A DNA stretch of 64,000 nt from Squalus acanthias. Lineage: Eukaryota. A model generated the notes under the pieces. That model made no database searches, was not told where the DNA came from, and saw nothing but the letters and a program-made list of their open reading frames with translations. The stretch is from contig CM059425.1 of assembly GCA_030390025.1 (NCBI GenBank), positions 164,302,001 through 164,366,000 on the forward strand. The letters are read 5' to 3'. Positions 1-13,085 of the stretch are shown one piece after another. The position numbers and the translations under genes were made by a program. Each line of letters opens with the position of its first letter. Position 1 is the stretch's first letter.

Positions 1-488
1 GAGGAACAACGGGGTTAAGAGAAATGCAATTAGTATTTTTTTCTGTGGTCTTCATAAGCTACTTGTCTGAAATAACACAACTACGCCAAACAGCTCACCT
101 ACCTGTCCACTAGGCACCAGCATTATTATAGAAGTGAACCGAAGAATCGATCTGGCTGCATTTGCCACATCTACCCTTCAGCAGTAAAGTAGAACAGTTG
201 ACCTGTAGGTTAAGCTTAATATTTCATACTGCTACACGGTTAGGGCCTAACTACAGTGGCCTCAGTCTTTGGTGTGATGTCAATGCTACCTGCTCCCATC
301 AACTGACAACAGATCATAAGCATCATCATCCATTAATAGACTAAAACTGATCCATTACCACCAACACTGCAGCCATTACCACTAACAATGGCCATCCAAT
401 AATTTTTATTGATTTGTGTATTAGACAACCCCCAGAGAGGTGTGGGTTAACCAGATTTTTATCAACTCCAACCACCAAGAATGACTAA

Positions 489-1862
489 GGCTAGAATTTT
501 CCTTACCTTGGCGGGTCCGGTGCAGGCGGTGTCTGTGGTGGGTTGCAACCACGCTGCTGGCTCCATTCCTTAACTTGCCTTAATGGGGCCTATTAAGCCC
601 ACCCAGCATGTTACCTGGCCCAATTAGATGGAGCGGGTCTGGTGACGTCATTCATGACACGTTTTAAGCCAGAATCCTTAAAGGGACCCTGGCCACATTA
701 CATTTTAAGTTTAATCTGACATAGTGGGTGTTGAATCTTTACTGTACAATAATATAATAAAAGTTATATATGAGTGACAAAGAAATATTTAAATATTATT
801 ATGTAATATGCCTCCATCAACAAATATGATCAAGAACATAATTTTAAAAAGTACATCAATTGGGAAGTTATTGGTGCTTTAGTCACAAATCTATAGACTT
901 TTGTATCAGTAACTGGTACAAATAAAAGGTATGTGTGTATAGGTAATACATAAAATTAAGCAGATTTTAAATGTAATTGTAAAGGGGTGGATTTACAATC
1001 TTATGCAAGTTCAGCAGAAGAGCTGCGGAATCCTTGACAAACAGTGTAAGTGGTGCTTACAATGTGTTTCTGGGATTTCTGCAGCTCTTCCGTTGAAGTT
1101 AACAATGGACAAGTGAGAGAACCTCCGCAGATATTCACCCTAAAGTCTCAGACTGAAAAATTAAATCAGACATATTCAGGGACTGAACGCAAATTGAACC
1201 AGTGGAATGAGTGATGAGAATGAAATTATTATGGTTGATGACTTGATTTAATGTGTAACTGGACAATCACAGTATACTGTGAGAAAAACCTGACCAGAAA
1301 CAACACAAAAATTTATTGAAATGGTGTATGTCATTTTTTATAATGCAGATCAATTCACTGCACTAATGTTGAGTTGGAAAGCAACAGCCGAGAATGGCCA
1401 GTGAAAAATGTATTTACCTCACCATCCAGGGTAGCACTTGCATCCCTTCAGGAATTTCTGAATGGACATTTATCAGTAGGTTTTCAAGTAGAATAGAATC
1501 TCCATCAATCTGTTAGCTGATGTAATCAACAAGTTTTTATTTTGGTTTGTTTTTCATGCTGTTAAGTAATCAGCTGGAGCAATGGCAATGGACCTCACGT
1601 CTCAGGTTGACAGACATGGTTCCCAAGCTGCATGAATCCCGTAGCCATGCAGGGAAATTTAGAAAGTAGGGGAAAAAAGGCTCTTAAGTGCCTGTAAAGC
1701 ACCTCATAATGATTTCAATTGGGTCCCTCGCCGCTGCAAGTCAGGTCGGCTCCACGATGATAGACGCGCCTGTGGGAAAGTTCCTGACCCGGTCAAAAAA
1801 AACAATTTTCCCACCCAACTCGCCACCGATCGCGCCCGCTACCACCCCAGAAAATTCAACCC
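489..1862. mobile_element. Non-autonomous PIF/Harbinger-family element (both ends present, unrelated AT-rich interior)
   Basis: Termini GGCTAGAATTTT / AAAATTCAACCC. Bases 489-710 align by eye with 38770-39000 (GGGTCTGGTGACGTCATT...CCTTAAAGGGACC), and 1590-1862 with 40200-40505 (TCCTGACCCG...TTCCCACCC...CGCCACC.ATCGCGCCCGCT). Confidence 0.7.
984..1140. mobile_element. Small palindromic MITE
   Basis: Ends GGGGTGGATTT / ATATTCACCC; internal inverted repeat GAAGAGCTGCGGAATCC / GGATTTCTGCAGCTCTTC. Confidence 0.55.
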
Positions 1863-2294
1863 TATATGTTTACCGGACTGATTAACTCAAGATTGTCCGA
1901 TACGTCGATGAAACTTAATCTGAGCTGTTTGATCAACATCACCGAGAATAGAAGCATGATCTAGTTTTCAAGTTCACAGTGGTTTTGTCAGTCATATGGA
2001 ATTGATGTACTTATTATAGAATGGATTTCAATTGGAGGAGGAAAACTTGAAATGATTGTATCATCTTGGTTACAATGATAATGGGAACTAAAGAACAATA
2101 TAATTAGAGCTGTAATCCCCAAAGTTTAAAAAGTTATGTCTACTGTGCTGAGTGAATTCTTTTACATTACTAATACAGTTCAGATATGATTGTGAGTAGC
2201 TGAAGAAGTGAAATTACTGCTTACTAACTGTATCTCACTAAAGAATTACTACTTTTTTTGTATAGTTTTTGTTTTAAAAATTTGTCCAGTGGTT

Positions 2295-2690
2295 CCTGAT
2301 GGTTCAGTGAGGAAATGTCATGTGGTGTGACATTGAGCCACACAACACCAAGAAGATCCCAAGTCTGTGCTGAATTAACTGATCTCTGGGTTGGTGGTAG
2401 TTATGCTCCAATTAGATTCAACGCCACCAAGCTAAGGAGGGAAAAATCAGCTAGGGTTCTGCTCCTGATGATAAAACAGTGACCTCTGCTGGAAAGTAAA
2501 TGTGTAGAAGTCAGGTGAGGATAAGACTGGAATTGGATATAATGCTAATCTCATGAGACCGCACCTCCATGTTTTAATAGCATGCCACCCTTGTGTATTG
2601 CGTGAGGAATGGTTGCTTGGAAAGTGCTGAGCTGCCAACACCTCAGTACGAGCCTATGCCTTCAGGAGTGGAGTGGCTAAAAAAATTGGG
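2295..2690 (+). mobile_element. Old SINE-like repeat
   Basis: A-box-like head GATGGTTCAGTG. A related sequence occurs inverted at about 30390-30545 (...TGAGCCA...TCTGTGCT.A.TTA). The 3' boundary is uncertain. Confidence 0.4.
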
Positions 2691-3489
2691 GATGGCAGGG
2701 GGAGGTGGGGTAGGGGGCGGGAATCTGCTAAAGTTTGTTGCGTGATAGTTTTGAAAATTGGTCAGCGATCAATGTCTCTTCACATAGTGCTGATATCTGA
2801 ATTCAGTCCCAGCAAAAATATCTAACGGCCTGAAATTGTGTTCCCTTACACCAGCTCAGAGGGAGCGGAAAATCCAGATTTTGATCCCTACACTGATTTT
2901 GCACTCTGGCCAGGTTTTACACTGGGGCTGAATGAAGCTTGTGCTGCTCCATCATGCAGGCCTCATTATAATATGTATTAGAGTGTCCCAGGGTGTGATC
3001 CTTTATACCACTGGCACAATGTTATTCTGGTGTGCCAAGAAAAGCTGGAGCAGAGGCCAGAACTGCAGGTGCTGCAACTTAATTTCTCTTAATTTGGAGT
3101 GGAGCATCCGTTTGTTTCTATTCTTAGGAGAACTTTCTTTCTGCACTCCCATCTTGCAGACACCCTGCCTGTCCTAGCCAACTAGAGCCACATCATGTGG
3201 ATTTCTTTGGTTCTTCATGAAATGGAGGATGAGGAGGAATTTGTCCAGCAGCACTACAGGTAGGTGTGTGTGCATTGCAGGGACTGTCCAAAGGTGTATA
3301 GTACCAGCACAGTTTTTTTTGCAGATGTCAGAAAGCTGAGCCTCACCAGGAAAGTAGTTCGTGGAGCTGTGCCAAAAAAAAACTGCAGACAGCAGGATTT
3401 GACACGTTGGACCTCCTGTGACACATCTCATTGTCTTGGCTGTGCTCTTGCTGTGTCTTTGATGTAAAGACACCTTCCCTGAAAGATTG

Positions 3490-3636
3490 TATCTCTGCAG
3501 TTTCTGTGTTTATATACTGTGAAATATTGTAGATTCACTCATTGTAACTTTACCTGAGGAAGGGGCGACAGCTCCGAAAGCTTGTAATTTTAAATAAATC
3601 TGTTGGACTATAACCTGGTGTTGTGCGACTTCTCAT
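3490..3636 (+). mobile_element. Penelope-like element pseudo-LTR fragment (family 1)
   Basis: 3553-3635 closely matches the right arms at 34763-34844 and 43666-43763 (CCGAAAGCTTGT.ATTT.AAATAAA..TGTTGGACTATAACCTGGTGTTGTGCGACTTCTCA). The 5' boundary is approximate. Confidence 0.7.
3550..3587 (+). ncRNA. Minimal type I hammerhead ribozyme motif
   Basis: TTAC-CTGAGGA-A-GGGGC-GACA-GCTCC-GAAA-GCT-T-GTAA: stem I TTAC/GTAA, core CUGANGA...GAAA, 5-bp stem II, palindromic AGCU stem III. Confidence 0.75.
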
Positions 3637-3776
3637 CTCTAAAGGAAGACCTGCGGACACTTTTCAGGACCGGGCACCTCTATGATGGTTGTTGGACTGC
3701 TTTCTTGTTCAAATTCGCCTTGTTACTTTAAACATCAGAGTACACACACACATTGAGTTGCAGCAATGCAGGATCA

Positions 3777-3867
3777 GGTCCTTATTGAGAGATCATACTT
3801 CACAATTCCAGTATGAATGCCTCGGTCCTTATTGAGAGATCATACTTCATAATTCCAGTATGAGTGC
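3777..3867. repeat. Two-copy tandem repeat, period 47 bp
   Basis: GGTCCTTATTGAGAGATCATACTTCA[C/T]AATTCCAGTATGA[A/G]TGC at 3777-3820 and 3824-3867. Confidence 0.9.
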
Positions 3868-6784
3868 TGCATACAGACTCACTCACACTCGTATGCCATT
3901 TTCACCTTTTGATCTCTACATTCCACGCATACCATCAATAAATCATAGTACATCAAAAGTACATACAAGTGACAACAGAATAATGACATGAACCCAACAA
4001 ACGTACACTTAACTCTTTAATCATTTTATTACCTTGGTTATCTTGCCCTGATAAACTCTTCCAGTTATTTTATTACCATGACCTGATCCCTGACCTGATA
4101 GTCACAAAGGTCAGCCTTCTGTCTGTGGAGATACATTTGCCTTAAACCTCCTAACACAATCCCATGCGCAGCAGAAAGCTATTTTAACTCCTCGTGCGCT
4201 TGTCTCGCAGACTGCCCAGGACATCGAGATACTCGAGTAATGTGGACTCTTGTTCCCACAATGGTTAAGGTGACAACAACCTTTTGTATGCAACCGGCTC
4301 CGTCCGAGGTGCAATAGGATACATCTGTCCGATCAGGCAGTATGCAATGCACTGCTGCATCCATCAGGTCACTGAGGCTATGTTAAAAAGGGCAAATGAG
4401 TTTATCACATCCATTAAGGAAGAGGAGAAGCAGCTGGAGAGGACAGGAAGGTAGCAAGAATACCCCAGGTTTAAGGCAGAATCAGTGCCACTCGGAACAT
4501 ATGGACTTCTTCCACTTAATCCAGTGGCATTTATCAATAGGAAGGAATTCTGTTCAATTAATATGTTGCTTGTTTGTGACTACCAGAATCTTATTATGCA
4601 GGTATCCAAAAAAAAATCAGCCACGACTCTTTATTCTTTATACCACCCTTGTTTGCAAGAAAGACAGCCATGGAGGAATGGCTGCTGGAAGACCAGGGAT
4701 ACTCACTGGCCATGTGAAACTCACAGAGACCAGCAGAAAGAAGATTCGGTGAGGACCATTGTGCCACCAGGGTAGATCAAGCATACCATAGGCCTGTTGA
4801 AGCAGAGATTCTGTTACCTGGATTGGTCAAACTGATGCCTTTCTAAACAGCCTCCCCTCCCCTCCCAGGTTGTCCAAAATTGGCATATGTTGCATGCTTC
4901 ATAATTTTGCCATTCCCAGAGGCCTTGCTCTATAGCATTCCACATGAGTATGCGTGTGATTGATTTCCACTGCTGTGTCCTGGCTTGGTACCAGATTTCC
5001 TCTATTTGAGCTGCGTGCAGATCACTGCTAGACTGCCCATAAAGACCTTATCCTTGTCCTTCTTGAGCTGCTGATTAGGTGCTATCTGACTTAAGGAACA
5101 GGCTGGTATTGTTAAGAAACAGCTATGTTTCCTATTCAAAAAGTCAAAAATATTTTTGCTGCTTTAGTACTTGTTGCAGAAATCTGCTGCCAAGCTCAAA
5201 CACAGCAGTGCAATTACTCACTCTCCTACTGCATGCCTATGTGAAATGCTTTCCTATCCTTACACACTCCTTGCCTGGAACTCTTGCTGTTAATGGGTAG
5301 GCTCATTAAAGACTCCCTCACTACCCTTTTGCATGCTGTCTGTTCTTTCATGCTTAGATGGAGGCAGTAGTACTGTGCCACCCTTCCTCCCCTCCCTCCT
5401 TTTGCCCCCTCTTGCAATTATGGCTTACTTGATGGCGGAGAATGGAAAACAACTACAAGCCCCATGAACAGCTGCCTGGCTCTTCCTTTATTTTCATGTA
5501 CGTGTACTTACATTGAGTTTACAGCACAGAAACTGGCCATTCGGCCTAACTGGTCTATACCGGTGTTTATGCTTCACACGAGATAAACATTGTTTCATTT
5601 ACAGAGGAAGAAAAGTTGTGTGCAATTTTTGTCATGTCACATACAAGTGAGTTTGTAAAACCATTTTTCTGAAGCTGGACAAAAAATACTAAAGGATGTT
5701 AAAGGAGCAAATTGTTTGCCTTGTAAGATAACTTGTAGGATTCTAAACGGAATGCAATGATGTATTCGGCTACAACCTCGCATCATAAATCAATATGAAC
5801 TTTGGTCAACAATGAATCTTTGGAGCAGGTTGTTCAAAAACTTCAAACCCAGTGAATGTCCCACAAATCACTTGGTTTTAAGATTGTGAAATGAAAGATT
5901 GAGAAACAAAAAAAAAAATCCCCAATTGGATTTTTTGTGCCTAGAAACTGCATTAAATCCGTTTGTTCTGGCTGTGAGCTTGTGTTGAAGACAGGAGGAT
6001 TTCAAATGGCTAGTTACGGACTGGCATTTAAATCAGCTTATTGCTTTATTCTTGGGTAACCTTTAGAAAGGAAATCTATACAGAATTGCTTGTGGAAGAA
6101 TTTGTTACTGATTTTATTCCAAGAAATGTCTGGATTAAATGGGTTTACAAAGTTTGAACTGATGTGTTTTCTTTGGCAATAAATCAGGCCCTCAAACCTT
6201 TTGTCTGAAAACTTAAGTGATCAGGGCAGTAAGGCTGTCTAAATAGCAACAAAGTGTTTAACAGTCCATGGGCTCGATTTTTAATAGCCCTGAGGAGGCG
6301 GGTTGACAGCGAAAATCGGAAAAAATGGCTTCAGACACCCAATCCGCCCCCACCCGATTTTCGTGAGTGCCAGTCAGCCGCTCCCAAACTGACTCGACTC
6401 CAACCGGTGGGACAGGTAGTTAAGGCAGTTAAGAGCCTGTTAACTGCCTTGCTAATCCTATTTTTATAGTGGTTTCCCATTTTCGTGCCTCTGACTCCTC
6501 TTTCCCATCTTGTCAGGAAACAGGCCAGCTGCAAGGAGACGAGTTGCTGGAGGACATGATTTGTTGTCATTGGAGCAGCACTTTAAAAGCACTCCTGTAA
6601 CATGGCTGACATTCAAATGCAACAACCTTGTTGTTGGAGGTTTGGGACAAGATTTTGCAAATCTACTGACCTTGACTGTTCAAGCTGACAGCCATCTGCA
6701 GTGTGACCTGATAGGAATAATTTCAGGCCACTTCGACTGTGCACTTGCAAGCTTCTTGCCTCAAGTGAAATCTATAGCAACAGG

Positions 6785-8007
6785 ATGGGAAACATTTACA
6801 TCCTCTCATCCTGGTCGTCAGATTCGGAGGAAGAGCAGCCACGGCAGCACCACAACCAGCCACAACAGCAGCACTAGCAACAGGAGCACCAACCTCCTCC
6901 TCACCCACCTGATGCTGCACAGGGCAGAGGGCCTCAGCTCAGGGCTGCACCTCCCCGCAGCAGATACCCCAACACAGGGTTTACAGGCAGAGGATCAGCT
7001 TCCTCAGCATGACTGAGCAGCAGTGCCAAAGGAGGCTGAGACTTTCGAGAGAGGTAGTCGCTGACATCTGTGCAATGCTGCACCAACACCTGGAGCCCAG
7101 AGGAGCGGGTGGACACTCCTTACCAGTTGCTGTCAAAGTCACCACCGCACTCAACTTCTTTGCTTTGGGCTCCTTCCAGGGATCAGTTGCAGACATCAGT
7201 GTCATCTCCCAGTCAGCCGCACACCTGCATCACGCAGGTCACCGATGCCCTCTTTGCAAAGGCGCACAATTACATCCACTTCTCCACGGATGGCCCAAGT
7301 GTGACGGTGCGTGCGGTTGGCTTTGCCAATATGGCAGGCTTGCCAATGATGCAGGGCATCATTGACTGCACACATGTTGCCATTAGGGCCCCCTATCACA
7401 ACCCAGCTGTATTTGTCAACCGCAAGGGATTCCACTCCCTGAACGTCCAGCTGGTGTGTAACCACAGGAAGATCATCATGCATGTTTGCGCAAAGTACCC
7501 TGGCAGTTGCCATGACTCCTTCATCCCGCGCCAGTCCACTGTGCCTCAGCTCTTCCATCAGCCAAACCTACTTTCCGATGGCTTCTTGGCAACAGGGCTA
7601 TCCCCTGAAAAAGCGGCTTATGACACTGATGAGGAGGCCATCAAACAATGCTGAAGCGGTGCAATGTGAGTCACATATCCACCAGATGCATCATCGAGCA
7701 AACCATCTGCTTGCTCAAAATGCGCTTCTGATGCCTAGCCAGATCTGGAGGAGCCTTGCAGTATGCACCAGCCAGGGAGTCCAGAATCGTCGTGGTCTGC
7801 TGTGCCCTGCACAACATCGCACAGCAGCGCGGTTTAGTGCTGCCAGATGAACAAGTGGCTCAGCACACAGCCTCCTCGGAGGAAGAGGATGAGGAGGAGA
7901 ATGGGGAGCGATGCTTTGTGGGGCCGGATGTGGCCAATCCAGCAGCAGGCGACCACATTGCTGGCCGTCAGGCAAGAGATGCACTCATCCATGCCAGATT
8001 CGCGTAA
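6785..8007 (+). pseudogene. Harbinger/HARBI1-like DDE transposase, frameshifted
   Basis: ORF pieces 7009-7365 ([13 protein letters not shown]...[16 protein letters not shown]), 7070-7654 ([36 protein letters not shown]) and 7756-8007 (IVVVCCALHNIA...ARDALIHARF). Confidence 0.9.
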
Positions 8008-8221
8008 GCTTACGCTTCAACCACAGGTGGCTAGCACATGGGGATGAATATAAGTCCGACAGTCTCAAACCCCAGGCATCATCTATCTACTAAAGCGCTC
8101 AGTGTCACCACCGACATTCTACATGGCATTCGCCCTGAGCCTCACTCTTGAACTTCCATTTCCCAGAACACAGAGGCCACTCTTTAGGTGATCTCAGCAG
8201 ATCATTAAACCATTTTCGACA

Positions 8222-8440
8222 CTAAACCCATGTGCATCTGCACACAGACCTCGAACTCACCTCCTCAGCAATTTGCAGCCAAGCTGCCTTGGTTTGCTGA
8301 GGAGGCCTCCTCCTTCTGTTTCCAGGGAAGAGGACCTCCTGACGTCCTCTAACTCCCTCCACAGGAGCATGGAGAGAGCCCTCATTGAACCTGGGTGCAG
8401 CCTTAGTTTTTGGGGCTGCCGTTCCTGCAGCTCCCAGCAC
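8222..8440 (-). pseudogene. Harbinger Myb/SANT-like DNA-binding protein, first-exon remnant
   Basis: AAPRFNE...EVLFP...AWLQIAEEVSSRSVCRCTWV; similar peptides at 16230-16450 and 39060-39270. Confidence 0.75.
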
Positions 8441-9252
8441 CTTTAAGAGAAAAAAGCATTAATTTTACTCAGCCAATGATTGGAACACATCTGGCATATT
8501 TTTCATTTCTTAGTCACATACTACATTGATAGATAAAAAATCATAAATATCTTTCTGGAATAATATGACCAGCAATTTCATTCAATTATTTGTGTTCACA
8601 CCAGCCGCTGTCAACTCCCCTTTCTAGATAATACAGCACCAAGCTATTCCAGTTACATTTTTTGTAAAGGGGACATGGCCCCTTTAAATTTTTACTCCAA
8701 AAACACATCATCAGATGCGAGAAACTGACATGCTCCAAGCAATTGCCTGGAGGGACCCGCACGTCGGCTGTAACGAGGCCAATCAAGGAAAAATCGGAAC
8801 TGCGGGCTGGCGGCATCCGTGAGCGGGTCCGAAAGCTGCTGAGCAGCGGGTCTGCCATCAACCCACCTCCTCTATAAAAATCGAGCCCATATGTTTGTAT
8901 CTGTGCAACAGAGGAGCTATGCAATTCAATGAGGTAATCTGTGCAGAAAGGAAAGTGTACAATAAGTTACTGTGGAGAAAGATGATGCCTATGAGTTTTG
9001 AGAATTAACTTCTGGGAGGTGGTAACAAAAATAATTTTGATTGTTTCAAATGGTAGATGAATTAAGTGGCAGATATGGGTTGATTAGACCAGGAGAAAGG
9101 AGTTGTCAGTTTCATGATATTGAACAATTGGTATTCATTTGCAAGCCAAAGAGTAAGTTAATCTTGTTTAGCATTCTGTTTTGTTTTGTACCTATAAATA
9201 CATGGCCTGTGATCTGCTTTGTTTTATTTAGATGTGGGGAACAAGTGACATA

Positions 9253-10054
9253 GGGGCAATTTTGCCAGCCCTGGGGAGGCGGGAACTGCTGGGAAAATGG
9301 CAGAATTTGGGGGTGGGTGCCCAACCCGCTCCCAAACCGCCTCCATGCGATCTTGCCAGGAGGCGGGTAGCCGTCCCGCGCCGGGTCCCATCTCCTTGGA
9401 GGCAGGAAGGGATTAAAGCCACTGAACTACCTGTTAGCAGGTAGTTAACAGGCAGAAAATAGGATTATCCCCTTTTTGTCCTCACAAGTGCGGGATTCCT
9501 GAAGGCTGCGAACCCCGCCAGGGTCACCGAGGCAAGTAGTGGGCCTGCAGGGGTCGGAGGGGTCCAAAAGTGTGCTGTGGAGGTGAGTGATGGGTGCAAG
9601 TGTGGAGAGGTGAGTATCTGAGGTAAGTGCAAAGTGTTAGAAAAAGTGTACTTACCTTTGTTTCATCCTGCAGGCTTCAGTCGGAGAGTCTCACACCTCC
9701 GCGGCAGAGATGACAGATGGCCGTTGCATTCTCCAGTGCAACAACCATCTCATTTCTGCAAAAGAAAGAGGTTTGATGAGGTCTTGAATTCAAGACTTCA
9801 TCAAACTACAGAGAGTGTCAGTGTTTGACAGCTTCACAGAGCTGTCAAACGATGATTTGACAGATGAAACGTCATACGTTGACGTTCTCTGTAACTGGCT
9901 TTCCTTTAATTGGCCTGCTAAGCTTGCTGGGCGGGCTTAACAAGGTCAATCAAGGGAAAATAGCATGGGTTGGCCAGAAGTTGATGAAGGTGGGACTGAA
10001 ACCCGACAAGTGGGAGTCCCGCCTCCAAAAGCTCCCCATTGGCAAAATCACCCC
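9253..10054. mobile_element. Non-autonomous Harbinger-type element (MITE)
   Basis: TIR GGGGCAATTTTGCCA / TGGCAAAATCACCCC; GC-rich subterminal regions like the other Harbinger ends. Confidence 0.7.
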
Positions 10055-12729
10055 CATAATTTCAATATACTGCATACCCCACTATTGATTTGTAGCTGAG
10101 TGCTGTAGTTGTAATGAAAGTAGTACCCATGATTCTTACAAGCATTTTCAAATATTTGTGTGGTAATAAGTTAGGTTCCCAAGCCAGTATTATTTAAAAT
10201 TCCAATTACAAATACTTTCCACACTTAAGTGACATTTTTAAATAACATTTTTGAGTAGGCTTGAGACCACTGAAAATCAGCTATAGTAATAAGACAGGGC
10301 TTTATATTGCAGTTCCACATTTGGTAAGTTCATGAGCTCAGCTGGGCAGGGGAACTGCAGAATGGCTACCCCTAATTGGCTAATCATAATTCATTTGAAT
10401 TTTTATAATAAACATGAATGGTGACGTAGCCTTTTGTTGTGGCTTCGTCCTTAAAAAAAAAAAAAAAAAAAAAATCCTATTTGTATAATATTGGCGCTAC
10501 AGAGTTCTTTAATGTATTGAAACAATAGATATTGAAATGAAGAAATACAGACTTGTGTTGCCAGTCCTTCGGATATGTGATGGATCACAGATCTGCCTCG
10601 TTTCATTTTAAAAAAAGACGCTTATCCTGTGGGAATTTATAGCTTGTCAATATTATAGCTGCCTTAAATGCCTGTTGCAGCTACAGACTGGGAGAATTTT
10701 TGCTGTGCTTTTATTTCTGCATGAAAAAGGTGTGAACACACAGCAAAGTTTGCCAGTACAATATAGTTGATTACCAATACATTTATATCTGATAAACAGT
10801 TGCCAAGTCCACCCATGTAACAAAAAACAGTTGGTATTTATCATCGGGCCACCAATTCTTATACGTGTCCACGGCATTTGCCATTATCCATCAGGGGTGA
10901 TAAGAACAAGACTGTCATGTTTTGGCTATGTCCTGTAGGGGTGCAGATTGCCTGGCTGGTATCTGTGAGCTGCTGTTTGTCATTTGAAACCTTTTTGTGA
11001 TTAACAGCTTCATTGTGAGCGATTCCTTTTTGATCTTGTCTTAGTGCACACATCAAAACAAAGAGAGATATCAAGTCTCGTATAAAATCTCTCAGATTAC
11101 GCAAGCCTGGTTCAAAATAAGAGTATTAATCCAGAGATCGGCTGGAGCTTCAAGATATTTATCACTTTGAAACAGGAACTATAAATTCAGTAACATTTTG
11201 TAATCTATTGAAATCTGCTGTATGCTTTTGGTTCTCTTTAATCTTATTTCTTAATAAACGTTATTTATAGTTATAGCTTAAGAGTTATTTGTTTGACAGG
11301 TACAGGAGTATACAGTGAGATCTTATGCCATTTCCAGTGCATACCATAATAATATAAATTTCTTTCATCCATATGGTCATATTTTAGCTCCTAGAAATAA
11401 AGGCTTATGGAAGCAGAATTCTGTATTAAGCATAAGAAAAAGTATCTGGAGTGAGCTTGAATTGTAACAAAAGCCTTGTTCATTTCTGTATTTGGACTGT
11501 AATTTTAAATGTCAGGAAAATTATGCCAAGATTTCTAGGCCAAAATTCTCTGGGTATCAATGCAATGGGCAGCTAAATAATAACAGGACTGAAATGCAAA
11601 TCACTTTTTTTTGTGTTAACGGAACCATGTATGCTGTAAGCATGAATTTCTAACATTGGAAGTAATGGCGGTGGGGGGCGGGTGCGAAGAATGCATTAGT
11701 TTGGCAGATCTGGAATACTTGATTATGATACATGGCCATTGTGGAGAAGTGTTCCATTCCCCTGCATTGGCATCAGTCACCTTGATGAGCACATTTATTT
11801 TAAAAACCTTCATGGCAACATGACTCTGTAATTCATGTACTGCCACTGAAAATCGTAATGACCACTTGTTCTCTGCGTAGCCTACACAGCTGAACCAATT
11901 GGTAATACAAATAAGTGGGAAGCAATGTATTCAGAAAACCAATTTAAATAAAGCACCATAACAAGTGAATAATTTGTTCTAAATGATGGCATTAAATAAT
12001 TATCTGATATTTATACATTGTCTGATGTGCAAGTTAAATTATTGATACTTGAGCTTTACATTGTTCAGTGTACAATGTTTTAAGAAATTTGAATGAAAAG
12101 GGAAGACATTTTGGATATATATCTAAACTTTGCCCTGTACTCTGTGCTTTTGCAATGTTCTGGGCAAAAAACAAACTATAACAATGGACAAATGTGACCT
12201 TGATTCACCAGTATTTCCCTATTTAAAAAAATCTTTACATCTCATTACTAAACTTACTGTTGCTAGCATGTTTGAAATATCACCATGTCCCTCTTTGGTT
12301 CCTAAATCATTCAGAGGAGAAGTTGTGCTGTACTTTAAACAAGAAAATGTTATTTGCAGTATCAACACAGTCTCAGTTACTGCTTGCTGCTTCCCAACTT
12401 TCAGGAGTGTGATGGAATACTCACTACTCGCATGGATAGGTGTAGTTGCAACTCTTGGAGCTCAGCACCATCCAGGACAAGGCAGCCTGTTTGATCAGCT
12501 TACATTACTGAATATGACTAATGTGATTCTCTTCTAAATATGTGCCTGTACTGTACCACGTCAAAATGTATTCATCTTTCTCCACTAAGTGGAATCACTA
12601 GTTCCAGACCTTTAGAAGACATCAAAGCTCCTGAAGAAGCCATTGTAGTGGTTTTAAAAGGCCTTGTGGTGTTGTGAAGTGAAAGTGGAAATTCCAGTGG
12701 CTCACTGTGCTACATTTCATTGCATCATC

Positions 12730-13085
12730 CAGTACAGGAGGCCATTCGGCTCATTATGCCGGCTCTTTTAAAGAGCCATCCAATTAGAGCAACTCCTCTG
12801 CTCTTTCCCCATAGCCCTGTAAATTTTCCTTTTCAAGTATGTATCCAATTCCCGTTTGAAAGTTACTATTTAACCTGCTTCCACCACCCTTTCAAGCACT
12901 GCATTCCAGATCATAACGTTGCATAAAAACAAATTCTCTCATCTTCTGGTCCTTTTGCCAATTTCTTAAATCTGTGTCCTCGGGTTACTGACCCTCCTGC
13001 CAGTGGAAACAATTTCTCCTTATTTACTCTATCAAAATAGCTCATAATTTTGAACACCTCTATTAAATCTCCCCTTAACCTCCTT
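12730..13085 (-). mobile_element. CR1 LINE 3' fragment (old)
   Basis: Peptide RRLRGDLIEVFKIM...KLFPLAGGSVTRGHRFK and the CR1 3'UTR motif GGAGGCCATTCGGC. Confidence 0.8.

Larger units (their letters stand above)
3200..4930 (+). pseudogene. Heavily degraded Harbinger transposase, interrupted at about 3480-4050 by PLE-derived and other sequence
   Basis: Peptide fragments in mixed frames (PKVY..FLQMSE..LSLTRKVV; AMHCCIHQVTEAMLKRANEFI; NPVAFINRKEFCSINMLLVCD; TIGLLKQRFCYLD; CCMLHNFAI) are colinear with the transposase at 6785-8007. Confidence 0.75.
6270..8888 (+). mobile_element. PIF/Harbinger DNA transposon (decayed; transposase plus convergent Myb/SANT remnant)
   Basis: Perfect 13-bp terminal inverted repeat GGGCTCGATTTTT (6270) / AAAAATCGAGCCC (8876-8888), enclosing the two-gene layout typical of Harbinger. 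Confidence 0.9.

Noticed and set aside
6785..8007. Domesticated HARBI1 host gene
   Set aside because: Frameshifted and enclosed by TIRs, so a transposon copy.
10453..10474. Poly(A) run as a retrocopy tail
   Set aside because: No recognisable upstream gene or element body and no clear TSD.
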